A stretch of 64,000 bases of DNA from Octopus vulgaris (Eukaryota). Of the stretch, positions 29,299 through 43,088 are shown one piece after another. Numbering within the stretch: the stretch's first letter is position 1; each line of letters opens with the position of its first letter. The stretch lies in assembly GCA_951406725.2 (NCBI GenBank), contig OX597822.1:78864001-78928000 (forward strand), given 5' to 3'. The notes under the pieces are model-generated. The model worked only from the letters and a program-made list of their open reading frames with translations. It searched no databases and was not told the DNA's origin. Both the position numbers and the translations under genes were made by a program.

Positions 29299-29510
29299 GG
29301 CAGTGAGCTGGCAGAATCATTAGCATGCGAGATAAAATGCTTAGTGGCATTTTGTCTGTCTTTATGTTCTGAGTTCAAATACTGCTGAGGTTGACTTTGG
29401 CCTTCATCCTTTCAGGGTTGATGAAATATGTAACAGTTGAGCACTAGGGTTGGAGTAATCAACTTACTCCATCCCATGAAATTGCTAGCCTTGTGCCAAA
29501 ATTTGAACCA
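29299..29510 (+). mobile_element. SINE family 2 (central GCCTTTCATCCTTTCGGGGTCGATAAAATAAGTACC-type domain)
   Basis: TSD-like atctatgaaa(t/c)tt on both sides; copies near 6270-6440, 13130-13350, 13384-13600, 52237-52440, 54915-55085(-), 55800-55990(-), 63077-63265. Confidence 0.75.
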
Positions 29511-31505
29511 ATATATCTATGAAACTTGTCTTTGCTTATCTAAGATAACAGTGTGTGGTTTGAGGGAGTTGTAACTGCTATTTCTTGCAACTGTCTGCAT
29601 AAAGGCTCCCTCATTGTTTTGCTAAAATGTAGTTTTAGCAATGTTTACACTAAAATGTCTCTCTCTTTCTTTCCTGAGAAATAGCCAGAACCACTTTTAG
29701 CAATCTTGTCAACAACTTCATTTCCAACTCCTTCAGCTGCTGTAGTTTGCTTCAGGGTGTTTTGAATGGTTAAGTTTGCTCTCTATCAGTTTCATAACTT
29801 GTCTGTAGATAAAGACCAAATAAGCTTTAATGGGGTTCTTATCAAGAGCCTTTGATAGTGAAGGGCAAGGAGATCACAAAAAGTCAACCACTGTGGGAAA
29901 AGATATTTGAAATAAATAAAATGTAATTGAATTTTTTGTTAGCTATTTTTTATTCCTCTCTCTACTATCTTTTTGTTGTAGATGCTGTTCTTTCTTCTCC
30001 ATTTCCTAATTCTGTTTCTCCTTTCCTCCATGTGTTACTTCCTTGGCATTGCCTCCTCTTCCTTCTCCTCTCTCTGCCTACTCAACTTGTAATGCTCATC
30101 ATTGTCATTGAGTAAGGGATAAGCTGTAATAGATATTTGTTTTGACAAATATAACATGCCAATAATACTCTGTAATTACATGTACATCTACACCGTGTCT
30201 GTGCACATGTATAATAATTATTAACTTCATTGATCTCTCTTATATTCCCCACCCCTCTCCCTGGATCCAGAGCAAACAGGTGTGTGTGTGGGAGTGTTGT
30301 TCTGAGGGATCTTATGATTGGTTAAATATAGCCAACACCACCACCACAACTTCAACCACTAAGATGCCAATCAATAGTATAATCTCCAACGTTAGCACAT
30401 TAACAACCACCCCATTATCCTCCACATTATCACATCATCTACCACCATTATTACCAATAGATCATCTCCCACACACTAACCACTGTTTTAAAGAAGTCTG
30501 CAGTAAAACATGAACAGCTGGAATGGTTAGCATCTATGTATCCCATTGAATTTTTCTCCTACTTGCTCATGTTTTTGACAGATGAAGTTGTTGTCGGTGT
30601 TTGTGATGGTGTAGGATGAAAGCAAGCAAGATTAAGACACATAGAGACCCTGAGCTCTTAAAAGATCTTGATTGCCTCATATATATGTAATTAAAAATAT
30701 GAGCACTAACAAACCATAAAATGAATTTTTATTTTTCAAAATGAAACAAAACTAATAGTAAGATGGAAAATAATGTTTAGTTTTATATACTTCCACTTTA
30801 TTTACATTTCAAACATTTTCTCCTGCTTTTTTTAAAATTACAAAGTCTTTGATCACATCCTCAAAATTAATTATATGTAATGCATCTGTTTTTCTAGTTG
30901 GTAGAGACAAGGCATCCTGAATATTATTTTAGGAAGTTTAAAGTGATTACTTTTGTGCTGTGAGCCATTTAGCATTTCTGTGGTGCCATCTCAAGTACAT
31001 GCTTATTTTGCTTAATGGTTAATCCAGTGCTGGATGAAAGATATTGTAGGTGGTGGTCAGGCTTGTGATGTGATGGTAATGTTGTATGAAGGGTACTGCA
31101 AGTGATCAGGGATGACAAAGAATAGAAGATACTATAGATAGTGGTCAAGTTTTTGGTAGTAAGGTGATAGTGGAATTGTAGGATGAAAGTTTCAGATTTG
31201 TAGTGGAATGTACTGTAGGTGGTGGCTATGTTTGCCAGTCATATGGTGGTGTTTTGGAGATCTGTTGATGGTTGACAAATTTATAAGTGGTGGAGCAGAT
31301 GATGTTGCAAGATATAGAGTACTGCAGGTTTGTGATGGTACCTATTATTACTTGAACTAGGTATGATGGTACCTTCAGCTGTAATCTTGGGTTGGTTCTC
31401 TACCAAGGCTGGTTATTTCAGCCCCTCTCCCTTTCACCAGTGCTGATGGTAATAAAAGCTGGTGCTTGAAATCTATCTATTGTTCTCTCTCTCCTGCTCT
31501 CTCTC

Positions 31506-31537
<32 letters not shown>

Positions 31538-34330
31538 ACCTGCTACTTTCTTACTTTCTTTTGCTCACCTTTCTGTCTTTCCTTACTCTTCTTGTTAATT
31601 CCTTTTTTCTTGTCTTTTCTTTCTTCATTCTGTTTCAAACATTTGCTCTCCATTCCTAAGCTTCCTTTTCTCTCTCCCCTCTCTCTTTCTCTCTCCATTG
31701 TGGCTTAGAATGGACTAATTGCCTGCATGGAATTCTTTTCAAGAATTGTCTTTCTTTTGTTGGTTTTTATTGACATGCACCAGAGTTGTGGGGTGAGAAG
31801 AAGAGTATTAGTGGGGAGTGGGAGAGGTTATTAAAGACTAAAGCTATGTGCCAGAGTAGGTGGGTGAATAAAAGTATTATCAAGTCAGTATAAAACTTCA
31901 AATGGTGTGTTGGAAAAGTATTAAATGATGTAAAAGTAGTCTAGTAGTGGTTTTGTGTGTATTTGTGTCTGTGTGCATACAAAAGAATGGGTAGGTAGGT
32001 TATGTGTGAAGTAAGAAACTATTATTATTATTATGGTGACATATTTTTATTGTTAATTGTGTGGTTGTTTATCTAGATCTTCATCCTCTTTATTATCTAA
32101 CTTTAATTGGGGTTGATTTACCAAAAACATGCATGCTCTTTCTCTGGTTGTCATACACCCACCTACACATACATACATGTATACACACATATCTGTCTAT
32201 CTTTCTTTCTCTGTCTATATTAGTATGTCATGCTTTTCTTTCACTGTTGCTTTTATCTCTCCCTCTCTTGTTATCATTGTCACACACTTTCTTTCTGACC
32301 CATACACCTACCTCTCATTTCTTTGTCTTTTTTATTTTCTTTTCTCTTTTCATTGTCTCCTTTTCATCATACACACACACACACACACACACACACTAAT
32401 TAACACTCTAACCTATTAAATATAATACATACATACATACATTGTATATATATATATAATTACAAAGATTGTGCTCCCTTCACTATTGCTATCAGCTGTA
32501 GACTTGTGAAACTGTCCACTGCCAAGTAAGATATCTTTCTCCACTTTCTCAGCTCAGTTTAAATTACTGTTTTATGTTTCACTCAAGATTATATCTTTCT
32601 TCCACTTTCTAGTAGAGAAAACTGTTACACATTTGCTATTTATATCATAATCTCATACAACTTATATCAGTGCTTCATCCAGTACATGGCTATTTATTTT
32701 GCTGGATATAATGGAAAAATTCCCTTTAAAACACACTCTACTCCCTTAAAATGGAATGACACATTGGATAGATGTACTATGCCTGAAAAATAAGCTTCTA
32801 ATGGAGATGGCTGGAAGGCATTTGATCTGCTCAGTCAGGGTTAATCTGGAACCAAGTAACAAAAATATATACATCAGTCAGTGACTTATTTTTATAACTT
32901 GCCTGGTTAAAACATATCTGTAAAGACTGTATTAACTGCTAAGATTGTTATTGTAAAGTCATACTAGCAATTATAAAGCAGTGAAAATTTGAGGCTTTTC
33001 TGTCTCAAATTAGATAAAAAAAAAAAAAAAAAGCTAACATACCACTGACTGAATGTAATAGCTATTTGGTTTGCTTCCCATCAGTGGACCTGTTTTTTTC
33101 TTTTGCCTCAAATTGGTTCTTATAACATCTAAATAATGTCCTTAAAACTTGTAGCATTTACCATATATCCTTACAGCTTACCACATACCATTTATGAATA
33201 TATATGATGTCTGCCCTTCATATCTATAACCAATTGTCAACTTTACTTTGTGAGCCCCGGGGTGGATTATTAGGCCAATATTGGCATAAAATCCATGGTT
33301 ACATTAGCAGCACATAATGGCAGAATTAGAAATCATTGGGACTTTTGCTTCCTGTTCAGCCCTCCTCTCTTTAGTTTCTCTGATCATTTCTGATTCTGAC
33401 TGCTGTACTCTAGAATATACAAATACTAGGCCACAGTGAGTGATCTTTGGCAAGATGTTCCCAAGTAAACATCAAGTTACACTTTTTCAAGGTCATCTTG
33501 AGAGTGTCTTTTTATCTCTTCTTTGGTCCACCATTGTATGGATGCATTTATGTATATCATAAATGAGCCAATCACAGCTGTTGTTACATTGCACTGAAGA
33601 GGTTGGCAACTACTGAAATGTCTTGGAGTTTCAAAAGATGTGCTTAAAGGAATTAAATTTCAGGCAATTTTTCAGCTGTATTTACTTGCTTCCTTTGTTT
33701 ACAAGATGGGATGTTTTTGTTTTTAGTATATTCATACATATAAATACTTGCCCATATGCACGCACGCATACACACACACACGCACACACATTTATATTAT
33801 CCATAAATACTCTACTCATCATTGTCATAACATCCATGGTTGTATGCGTCAGGTATTGAAACAGATTTTCTGTAGCTGAATGCCTTTCCTGCTGCTCACA
33901 AGCACAACTTTTTCCAAGGAAGGTAATAATTTCTTAGACCAGAATATTGGAAATGAATGATAATGCTTGCATGACAGTGACACTCATTTTCAACCCTCAC
34001 ACAATGGTAAAACAAGAAAACACACACTCATTCAAACCTACACATTCACATGCACATACACACACACACACACATACTCACATACATGCACATGCACCCA
34101 CCCACATATGTACACATGAATACACACTCATATGGGCTTCTTTAAGTTTGTGTCAACCAGATCCAGTCACAGGACTTTGGTCAGTTTGGGGCTATAACAG
34201 AAAACACTTGTCCAAGATGCCATGCTGCGGGAATGAACCTGAAACCATGTGGTTGGGAGACAAACTTCTTAACCATTCAGTTGCATCTCTGCCTGTATAC
34301 ATGTATCTATTCTACCCCCTCTCTCTCTCT

Positions 34331-34366
<36 letters not shown>

Positions 34367-34591
34367 TCATCATCATCATTATCATCATACGTCCGTTTTC
34401 CGCACTAGCACGGGTTAAAGGCATTAATAATGAGTTTTACAGATTTTTTTCATTTCTCTATTGTAAACTTACAGCTATTTCTGACATGCATTACAGGTGT
34501 GTTTACACTTCCATTTAAGTTGATTTGATCGATTGACAAGATTGAACGACCTTAACAACGCTATCACCTTCAGAGCCCACTCACTGAATGT

Positions 34592-34625
<34 letters not shown>

Positions 34626-34845
34626 ATCTATATGTATATATATTTCTCTTATTCTTTTACTTGTTTCAGTCATTTGACTGTGGCCATGCTAGAGCACTTC
34701 CTTTAGTTGAAAAATTCAACCCCAGGACTTTTTCTTTGTAAGCCTTGTACTTATTCTATCTGCGTCTTTTGCTAACATAAACACACCAACATCAGTGATG
34801 GGGGGGGGGGGGGCAAACACAAAATCATACATACATACATATATG

Positions 34846-34879
<34 letters not shown>

Positions 34880-35445
34880 TACACACACACAATAAGCTTC
34901 TTTCAGTTTCCGTCTGCCAAATCCACTCCGAAGGCTTTGGTCAGTCTGAGGCTATAGTAGAAGACATTTGCCCAAGGTGCCATGCAGTGGGATTGAACCT
35001 GGAACCATGTGGTTGGGAAGCTAGCTTCTTACAACACAGCCACTCCTGCGTATATATCTCTATATATAATATAAAGTTGTCTGTGTATGGCAGGTTTGGT
35101 AGCCTTCAACTAACACTATCTCCTTCGAGACCCTGTGGTGCAAGTTGACCAAAATTTAGAGTATGATAGAAGAAGGCTTGCTCTTCCTTCTGTAGACGAA
35201 ATAATTCAAATCGGACCATGTTAACACCAAAATTTATTTACATCAAAAAGGTTCTTTTTTTCTATGAAAATCCGTATTTTTTACAATTCTTTTTACTGCT
35301 GTGTCGTCATTTTTCGGTGTATTTCAACCAGAAAAATGTTCACTTAAAGAGAATAACAAGCTACATAATGCAAAATTTTTACTTTTCAAAAATTCCAATT
35401 CTAAAGGGTCGAAACAAACCCAAGCAACGCCGGGCGATACTGCTA

Positions 35446-35482
<37 letters not shown>

Positions 35483-35486
35483 TATG

Positions 35487-35990
35487 AATTCAGAATACGA
35501 GTGGGAGTTCACCAAGGATCAGTTCTCAGCTCCCTCTTGTTGATCATAGTTCTCCAGGCGATAACTGAGGAATTTAAGATGTGCTTCTCCTGGGAGCTCC
35601 TCTGTGCTGATGACCTTGTTTTTACAGCTGACAGAACTTGACAAGAAATTTCAGGTGTGGAAGCAAGGCCTAGAATCAAAGGGCCTTAGAGTCAGTCTTT
35701 GAAGTAGGAGAGCAAACAAATCTCAAATCCTTTCAGGTAGATGGCCCTGCTCGATCTGTAGAAAAGGCATAGGTAGAAACTCCATGAGATATACCTGATG
35801 TAAGCTATGGACACAAGAGGAATGTTAACAGGGAAAATAGTTTTTGTGTGTGGAAGTTGCACAGGTACAATTAACACCAAAGATGTACAGAAAAGAGACT
35901 CCATCAAATGCCAGGGAGGAAAACTAGAAGTAGCTGATAGATTCCGTTACCTAGGTGGATGCTCTGAGAGCATAGCTGCTAGAATAAGAA
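35487..35990 (+). mobile_element. RTE LINE RT fragment
   Basis: GVHQGSVLSSLLLIIV, LCADDL and DRFRYLG motifs; homologous to 24490-26163. Confidence 0.85.
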
Positions 35991-35994
35991 TATA

Positions 35995-36391
35995 GGCGCA
36001 GGAGTGGCTGTGTGGTAAGTAGCTTGCTAACCAACCACATGGTTCCGGGTTCGGTCCCACTGCGTGGCATCTTGGGCAGGTGTCTTCTGCTATAGCCCCG
36101 GGCCGACCAATGCCTTGTGAGTGGATTTGGTAGACGGAAACTGAAAGAAGCCTGTCGTATATATGTATATATATATATGTATGTGTGTGTCTGTGTTCGT
36201 CCCCCTAGCATTGCTTGACAACCGATGCTGGTGTGTTTACATCCCCGTCACTTAGCAGTTCGGCAAAAGAGACCGATAGAATAAGTACTGGGTTTACAAA
36301 GAATAAGTCCCAGGGTCGATTTGCTCGACTAAAGGCGGTGCTCCAGCATGGCCACAGTCAAATGACTGAAACAAGTAAAAGAGTAAAAGAG
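35995..36391 (+). mobile_element. tRNA-derived SINE family 1, well-preserved copy
   Basis: A box TGGCTGTGTGG, B box GGTTCGGTCCC, internal (TA/TG)n, GTAAAAGA-repeat tail; other copies near 11975-12330(-), 17773-18188(-), 21508-21903(+), 34645-35050(-), 46050-46358(+), 50778-51174(+), 58464-58640(+), 58672-59047(-), 60740-61105(+). Confidence 0.85.
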
Positions 36392-37395
36392 AAAATATCA
36401 AACTTTTTCTACAATTTTTATCAATATTTGTTTCAGAATCATTTTTGTACACAACTTGATTGTTAATTCTGCTTAAATGTTCATTTTTCAGTCCGTCCAT
36501 TCATCCATTTTCTCTGCTTACTATCCCTGGGAGAATCACGGAGGTAGACTCCTCAAGTATCTCCTCCAATCAGAAGCAACTGTCATTATGCTTTTCTGCT
36601 GGATTTCTGAGCAGGACCAACTGAGATATTGGATATTACCCAACCATTTTGCTCTTGGTCTACTCCTAGATCTCCAGTCAGTTGGTGTGGCTTGAAGAAA
36701 CCATCTTGTGATTGTTTCTTGTGACATTCTTACCACATGTCTGTAATACTGGAGCTGTGATTTTTCTCAGTACAGAGAGTGTCATACAAGCTCATAAAAG
36801 TATCTTCATCATCGCCATCTGTCCACATTTCCATGCTTGCTTGGGAATTTGTTTAAGTGTGTTTTTTTTACAACTAGATGCTCTTCCTGTTACCAACCCT
36901 CATTTTTTTCCAAGTAAGATAATATTTCCTCATGACTTGCATGATGGCGACACTTATTTACAGCTGTCACACCAATTCAAGACAACAGGACAGTAGAACA
37001 TACACACACGTGATGGGCTTCTTTTAGTTTCTGCCTACCAAACTCACTCCGTAGGCTTTGGTCAGCTCGAGTCTATAGTAGAAGACACTTACCTAAGGTT
37101 CCACACCATGGGACTGACCTCCAAACCATGTGGTTGGAAAGCAAATGTCTTACCACTCAGCCATGCCAATCTTTTGAATCTCCATCCTATATAAAATGAG
37201 TGTTGACATCACATCATATGACTGGGTTTAAGTTGTATCACCATAGAACAAAACAGTGAATTAGGCAATGACAGCAATGATAATGGTAAAAAGGAACAAC
37301 AGAAATTGAACAGTTATGTTTCAGGTTCATTATTTTTGAACAGTTTGTTTCAGGTTCATTATTTTTGTTCTTTATTACCAAGCTGACCTGTTTAA

Positions 37396-38477
37396 CCCTT
37401 TCGTTACTATATTTCTGACCAAATTACACCCCTTATGTGTTTCAATTAATTTCTAACGTAATCATAAATTTAGTCTGGTTTCATTAAACAACTATAACTT
37501 TTTTATTTATCGATATATTAATCTGATTTTTGGAAGATAATTTAATGAAATATTCTCAACCAATTCTATACTATAATTTTTGTCACAAAGTGACTCTATT
37601 TGCAGGTAGATACAGGTAAATTCCACAAAATATAAAATTATTAAAATTTTGTTCAAACATCGCTATAGAAAATATTAGCTAATATTCAATTGGGTATACA
37701 ACAAAATTTTACGATAGAATTTGTTATTCTGGGTAACTTTCTGATACCCATAATAATATTTATGGCAAAATAGGCCTTAATTTCATTTAAGGTTGTGGGA
37801 AATAACAAACTATCCTTTCTTTCGTTTTGTTTACGTTTAGCGTAACGGTTCGTTTTCGCTGTAATGATTTCAAATAGGCTCATTCGAAAAAGTAAATAGA
37901 AATAGCCTAAGGCTTTACCCTTCTGGGAAAGTCTGTGGCTTGGTCCAGTTTCTGCAGAAAAATCACCGAAAGAAACAGTTTTTAAATTTTCACTCCATTC
38001 AGGTGCCAATTCGTTTTCTTTATCGCTATCGGAGATCTCAGATTCACTGTTTTCACTTTTGGAAAATGAAACATCAAATTCATTATCAAATACCATGTGC
38101 TTTTTTTTTTCAGTCATAGAGTTAGATTTATGAAGGTCTTCAGTAGAAAATCCTTCGAATTCTGACTCGCTGCTTGATATAATGAAATTCGTATCCATTT
38201 TTTGTCAGAATTACAAATTTTGAAAACACAATAGGAACAAATTTCGGGAAAAAATCTCCCAAAATTCACGGAATTAAAATTACACTTCGATTATTGTACA
38301 AAACTGTAGTTGAACTGTTTACGAAGTATAATACGTGTTTTCACGAATGTACTGAAGAGATTTGCTCTGATATTCTCATTTAAATATGAATAGGTAAATT
38401 CGGGCGGCTTTGGGCAGTTTGGTTTCATAAACCAAAATTTTTTTCAGGCGGCTTTGGGCGGTTTGGTAACGAAAGGG
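37396..38477 (-). mobile_element. Internally deleted piggyBac transposon (about 1.08 kb)
   Basis: TTAA TSDs at 37392-37395 and 38478-38481; perfect 12-bp TIR CCCTTTCGTTAC; 21-bp subterminal direct repeat at 38403-38423 and 38447-38467. Confidence 0.93.
37686..38198 (-). pseudogene. Truncated piggyBac (PGBD4-like) transposase N-terminus, 170 aa
   Basis: acidic Ser-rich N-terminus followed by FYLLF..LFEII..TNRYA...PTTLNEIKAYFAINIIMGI.KLP, typical of piggyBac transposases; DDD catalytic domain missing. Confidence 0.85.
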
Positions 38478-41400
38478 TTAAGCAGATTTTTTGAACATTG
38501 TAGCTCTAGAGTGAAGGGGAGGGGGCTGCAAATTTAATTATGATTAAATCTATTCTAGTTGTTACCTTCCCATTATTTTGTATATCATTTTATAAATTCA
38601 GTTGTTATTTCTAGGTGCTTGAGCAGCCATATAGAGGATACTTATTCCACAATTCTAAGCTATGACCTTGTATGGTTTCATGTTAAAATCTTTTATTCAC
38701 ATCTAATTTTCTCTCCTTATTTCATTGATGTTGTTGATAGCCCTGGTCATTGAAAAGATTGAAGGTATCAAAATTGTTAAATGAGCACATAGATCTAGAA
38801 AGTGACCTCCACTTGACATACCAATGTTTTTGATATAAGTTAACCCCCCTACTTGAGCCACTTCTCTCTCTCTCTCTCTCACCTTACCCTTTCTTCACAT
38901 TGGCAGTTTCTCATCAACTGCACTGTCACCCTTGTTCATCACTCACCATCCCCATCTCTAGCCATCTGTTACTCTTCCCTCACTCTTATGAAACTACCCA
39001 CCCTCTCCTTCCTTCTATACATATCCTTTCTTATGCTCACCTTTTACCTTGAGGGTTTGCACTGCCCCCACCCATCAGTACAATCTTTACTTCTTTTGAA
39101 CTATTCCCTCCCCTATATAAGGCAGGATAGGATAAAGCTCCTTTTTGAGTCATACAGACTCATAGGGCCGGTTCCTAGTTTCTCTGGTGTCCATATATTC
39201 TCCTCATGGACTGGACACTGATCTCTCACAGGAGTACTTATTTTCAGCAGATGAATGGTTTGGAGAAACGGGAAATGAAGTGTTTCGCTCAGGAACACGA
39301 CACATTGCCTGGTTCAAGAATTGAAAGCACAATCTTGCAATCATGAGTCCCCCAACCTAACCACTTAGTCACTTATGTCCTCCCACCTCTGTATAAAAAT
39401 CACCTGGTATATATTGTAAAGTAGTTGACATTAGGAAGGGCATTCATCTGTAGAAACCATGCCAAAGCTGACAATGAAGCTTGATGCAACCCTGTGGCTC
39501 TTCAAATTCTCTCAAACTGTCCAATCCATACCAGTAAGGAAAATGGATGTTAAACAACGATGTAGTTAGTCAATGGAGGAGGGATGATGCCAGAGACATT
39601 TACCACCCTTCTGAGACTGGTGAGACTGATGCCACTGATACCCTATGGAACCTGTACATGAAAATGTCAGCTGGAGAAACATGGTCCAAGGAAAGAGAAA
39701 GCTTGCAACAGAGAGAACTGCTCTACTCAGGCTGGTGTTAAACTGGGTAGGACTGAGATGTTGCATATATTAGCTTTGACTTAATTTCATCACTTCATTT
39801 ATTTTATTTGAATGCACATGCTACCTGCAATTTTGAAGTTAAAAATATGAACCATAATTTTATTTAATGTCTGTAAGGGAACTTGTTGAGAGAGAGAGAG
39901 AGAGAGAGATTTGTGTGCACTGACCATGTGAAGCTCACTCTTGTAAAACAGTTGTGGGTTTGTCCTTTTTCATAGTGTGTGTGTTATCTGCACCTTTTGT
40001 TTTTCTCACCCCTGTTAACCCCCCCCCCACCTAAAAACCTCTGATTAGAATGACAATGCAGTCATAAAGATTCAAGTAAATTGAATCTTTTACTGTGGTA
40101 GTAGTAGTGGTGGTGGTGGTGGAGCTGAAACTCTGACCTTGGGCATATTGAAGAAAGGTTAATAAAATTTATAAATGTTAAGATTAAGGATAAGGTTATC
40201 AGTTGTTGAGTTTGACTAACTTTGTGCAGATAGGGTTGGTGGTGAGAACAGAGTATTAATAATCAACTTGATAAAGTAGAACTTTTGACGATTGATAGGT
40301 GGATGTATTTAGAATGTTAACCTTCCTAGTCAGTATCAGTGTGAAGCTTATAAAATATTTAAAGTCTACGTGAATATGTGTGTGTGTGTGTGTGTTTCTC
40401 TTCATACACTGCTTCTGTGCTTGTTCGTGGGTGTCTCTCTGGAAGTATGTACTTCTATGTCTATATGTCTGTATCCATGTGTGCTGTTGCCTGTGTGTGT
40501 TTGTGAATGTCTCTGCACCTATGGGCTGTGTGTTTATGTATGATGCTTGTTTGTCTAATCAAGTGAGTTTGTTTAATAAACATCTCTGTGTGTGTGTATG
40601 CATATTTTACAGCTGTGTGTTTCTGCTTTTGTGTTTGTTTTTGTTTGTAAGTGTGACATACATAGACCATAAAGGTGTGCTGATATGAATAAACATTTGC
40701 AGAGTCACAGCCTACTAAAGATAGGTTTAATGATTTTGTTTTCTTCATATGCTGGCTGTCTTCCTTATGTACTTTGTGGTAATGAAAGTGGTAAAGTGGT
40801 CATTCTGACTTCACCTCAACAAGTTTAGTTGAAATTTCCTTCCTCTGTGGATATTTTAAGAGAAAGGCAACAAATCTTGGTATGTAATATCCTGCAGCTC
40901 CAATAACCCTGATCAAATTATTATATTTTCAACTTTCATGTTGTCATCCTCATTTAATGTCTGATTTTCTTATATGCTGGCATGGTTTCAGCTGTTTGAT
41001 AGGAGCTGGTGAACCAAGGGACAGCATCATGCTCCAATGTTTGTTTTGGCATAGTTTCTACAGCCAGATGCCCTTCGTATTGCTAGGATTCTCTTCCAAA
41101 CAAAAAGAAAATAATTCATATCTGAAATAATGTTTGCATCTTTGCTCCTCTACATCTAAACATTAATGGCTGGTTGATGGGATTGGCACCTCTCACTTGC
41201 ATTCTTTTGTCACATTCTAGAGAAAATTTTACTGTCAGTGATCTAACTCTTGTAAATTAATATACATTGTTATCAAGAATATGGTATACATGATCTCAAA
41301 ACTCAGTTGTAGTAAGTAACAAGATGGTATGACTAATAATGATTTCTAACAGACATAGGCCACAAATTTGAACTTATTTTCATCTTTTAATCATGAAGGA

Positions 41401-41741
41401 AGGCAGTGCCCATGACATTTTGCAGGGCCTCCAAGACTGTGAGAGGGTTGCTATCCTCAAGTCAAGAGACCTGGCCTGAATTCTTGCAATAGTGTGGTTT
41501 TAAGGCCATGGCAGGAATTGAATTCAGAACACAAAGAGCAGGAACAGATATCACAAATTGTTCAATCCAATTTTCTTGCATCCTACCTATCCACCATCTC
41601 AGATTGGTGTATTTTATTGACCTTCTATCCCACACTCTACTGCCATTTCACTGCCTCAAGAAGAGGGAGAGTTTCCACTACTACACTAGTCCTTATTTTA
41701 TTGATTTCAGGATGAAAGGCAGAGTCAACACAAAACATAAA

Positions 41742-41953
41742 CCCTTTAGCATTTAAACCGGTCATATTGGATCCAACTATTCTACCTAATTTATATTCAA
41801 GCTAGCCAGATCCAGCCTCTCACACTTACCCTACAAGGCTGTTCTAAAAATAAACACTGGCATAGAAATCTCAAACGCTAAGATAATCCATGATTAATTC
41901 AGAACAATGTGAATAAGCATTGCATTTAACAGAGTAATCTGAATGTTAAAGGA
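41742..41953. mobile_element. piggyBac-type MITE (TIR CCCTTTAGCATT)
   Basis: ccctttagcattt ... gaatgttaaagga; an inverted related copy lies at 28349-28579. Confidence 0.65.
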
Positions 41954-42039
41954 TAAAGGGACTTAACTAAATACCACCAAACATTTTGCCAAGTGCTTTA
42001 CTTATTGTTCCAATTCATTGCCCTTACAGTGCCTTATTG

Positions 42040-42943
42040 ATCATCATCATCATCATCATTTAACATCTGCTTTTCATGGTGACATGGGTTGGACTGTTGA
42101 ACTGAAAGCTGGGGAGCTGCAATAGGTTCTGTTCTATTTTGGCTAGGGTTTTGTGGCTGGATGCCCTTTCTAATGCTAACCACTCCAAGAGTGTAGTAGG
42201 TGTTTTTTATGTGCCACTGGCATGGATGCCATTGACCTGACACTGGCATTGGCCATGACTACGGTTTCACTTGGCTTGACAGGTCTACACAAGCATGGTG
42301 TATCGCCAAAGGTCTTGGTCATCTGTCACTACCTTGTCGAGACCCAACGCTCGAATGGTGAATTTTATGTGCCACCGACACAGATGCCAGTCAGATGGTG
42401 CTGGCATCGGCCATGACTATGATTTCTCTTGGCTCAACAGGTCTTCACAAGCACAGCATATCGCCCAACGATTGAAGTGTGCTTTTATCAGGCCAGTTAC
42501 TTGACACAGGCATTGCCCATGAGTACGATCTCACTTGGCATGAAATGTCTAGACAAGCATGGTATATCGCCAAAGGTCTCAGTGGCTTGCCATTGCCTCT
42601 GTGAGGCCCAACATTTGAAGATCGTGCTTTGTCTTCCTAGGTCTATCTCTTCCACAGGTTCCCTCCACCGTTAGAATGCGGCACTTCTTCACGCAGCTGT
42701 CTTCATCCATATGCAACTCATGACCATACCAGTGCAGTCGTCTCTCTTGCACACCCCATCCGATGCTTCTTATGCACAACTTTTCTCTCCGTATGCTTAC
42801 ACTCTGTCGTGCATGTACACTGACATTACACATTCAGTGAAGCATACTAGCTTCATTTCTTACATGCCTATGCATATCCTCAGCACTCACAGCTGTAGCA
42901 TGGCTGTTCTCACACAGGCATCATGCAGTCTGCCTTTCACTCT
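42040..42943 (-). mobile_element. RTE LINE 3' end with (GAT)n tail
   Basis: VQERRLHWYGHELHMDEDSCVKKC; shared 3' UTR; (CAT)n on the + strand. Confidence 0.85.
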
Positions 42944-43062
42944 AATAAAACAAATAATTTCCAATTACAAACGCTCTTTGTTTACCTTTTTGTATTTTAT
43001 TGGCTAATTACTTATTGATTTTGTATTATTTTAATTTTGATTTTTATTAATTTTTACAGAAA

Positions 43063-43088
43063 ATGGCACCCAAAGTTGGAATCAATGG
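43063..43088 (+). CDS. GAPDH: GAPDH coding exon 1 (MAPKVGING); acceptor AG at 43058-43059 implies an upstream exon
   Basis: tttttacag|AAA ATG GCA CCC AAA GTT GGA ATC AAT GG|gtaag; start of the Rossmann GxGxxG motif; phase-2 intron. Confidence 0.93.

Noticed and set aside
29650-29810. Minus-strand GVGNEVVDKIAK, RNase H-like, after an AG
   Set aside because: In-frame stops lie between the acceptor and the motif, and the match is too short.
35995-36070. tRNA gene
   Set aside because: A/B boxes run straight into a multi-copy SINE body; no proper cloverleaf.
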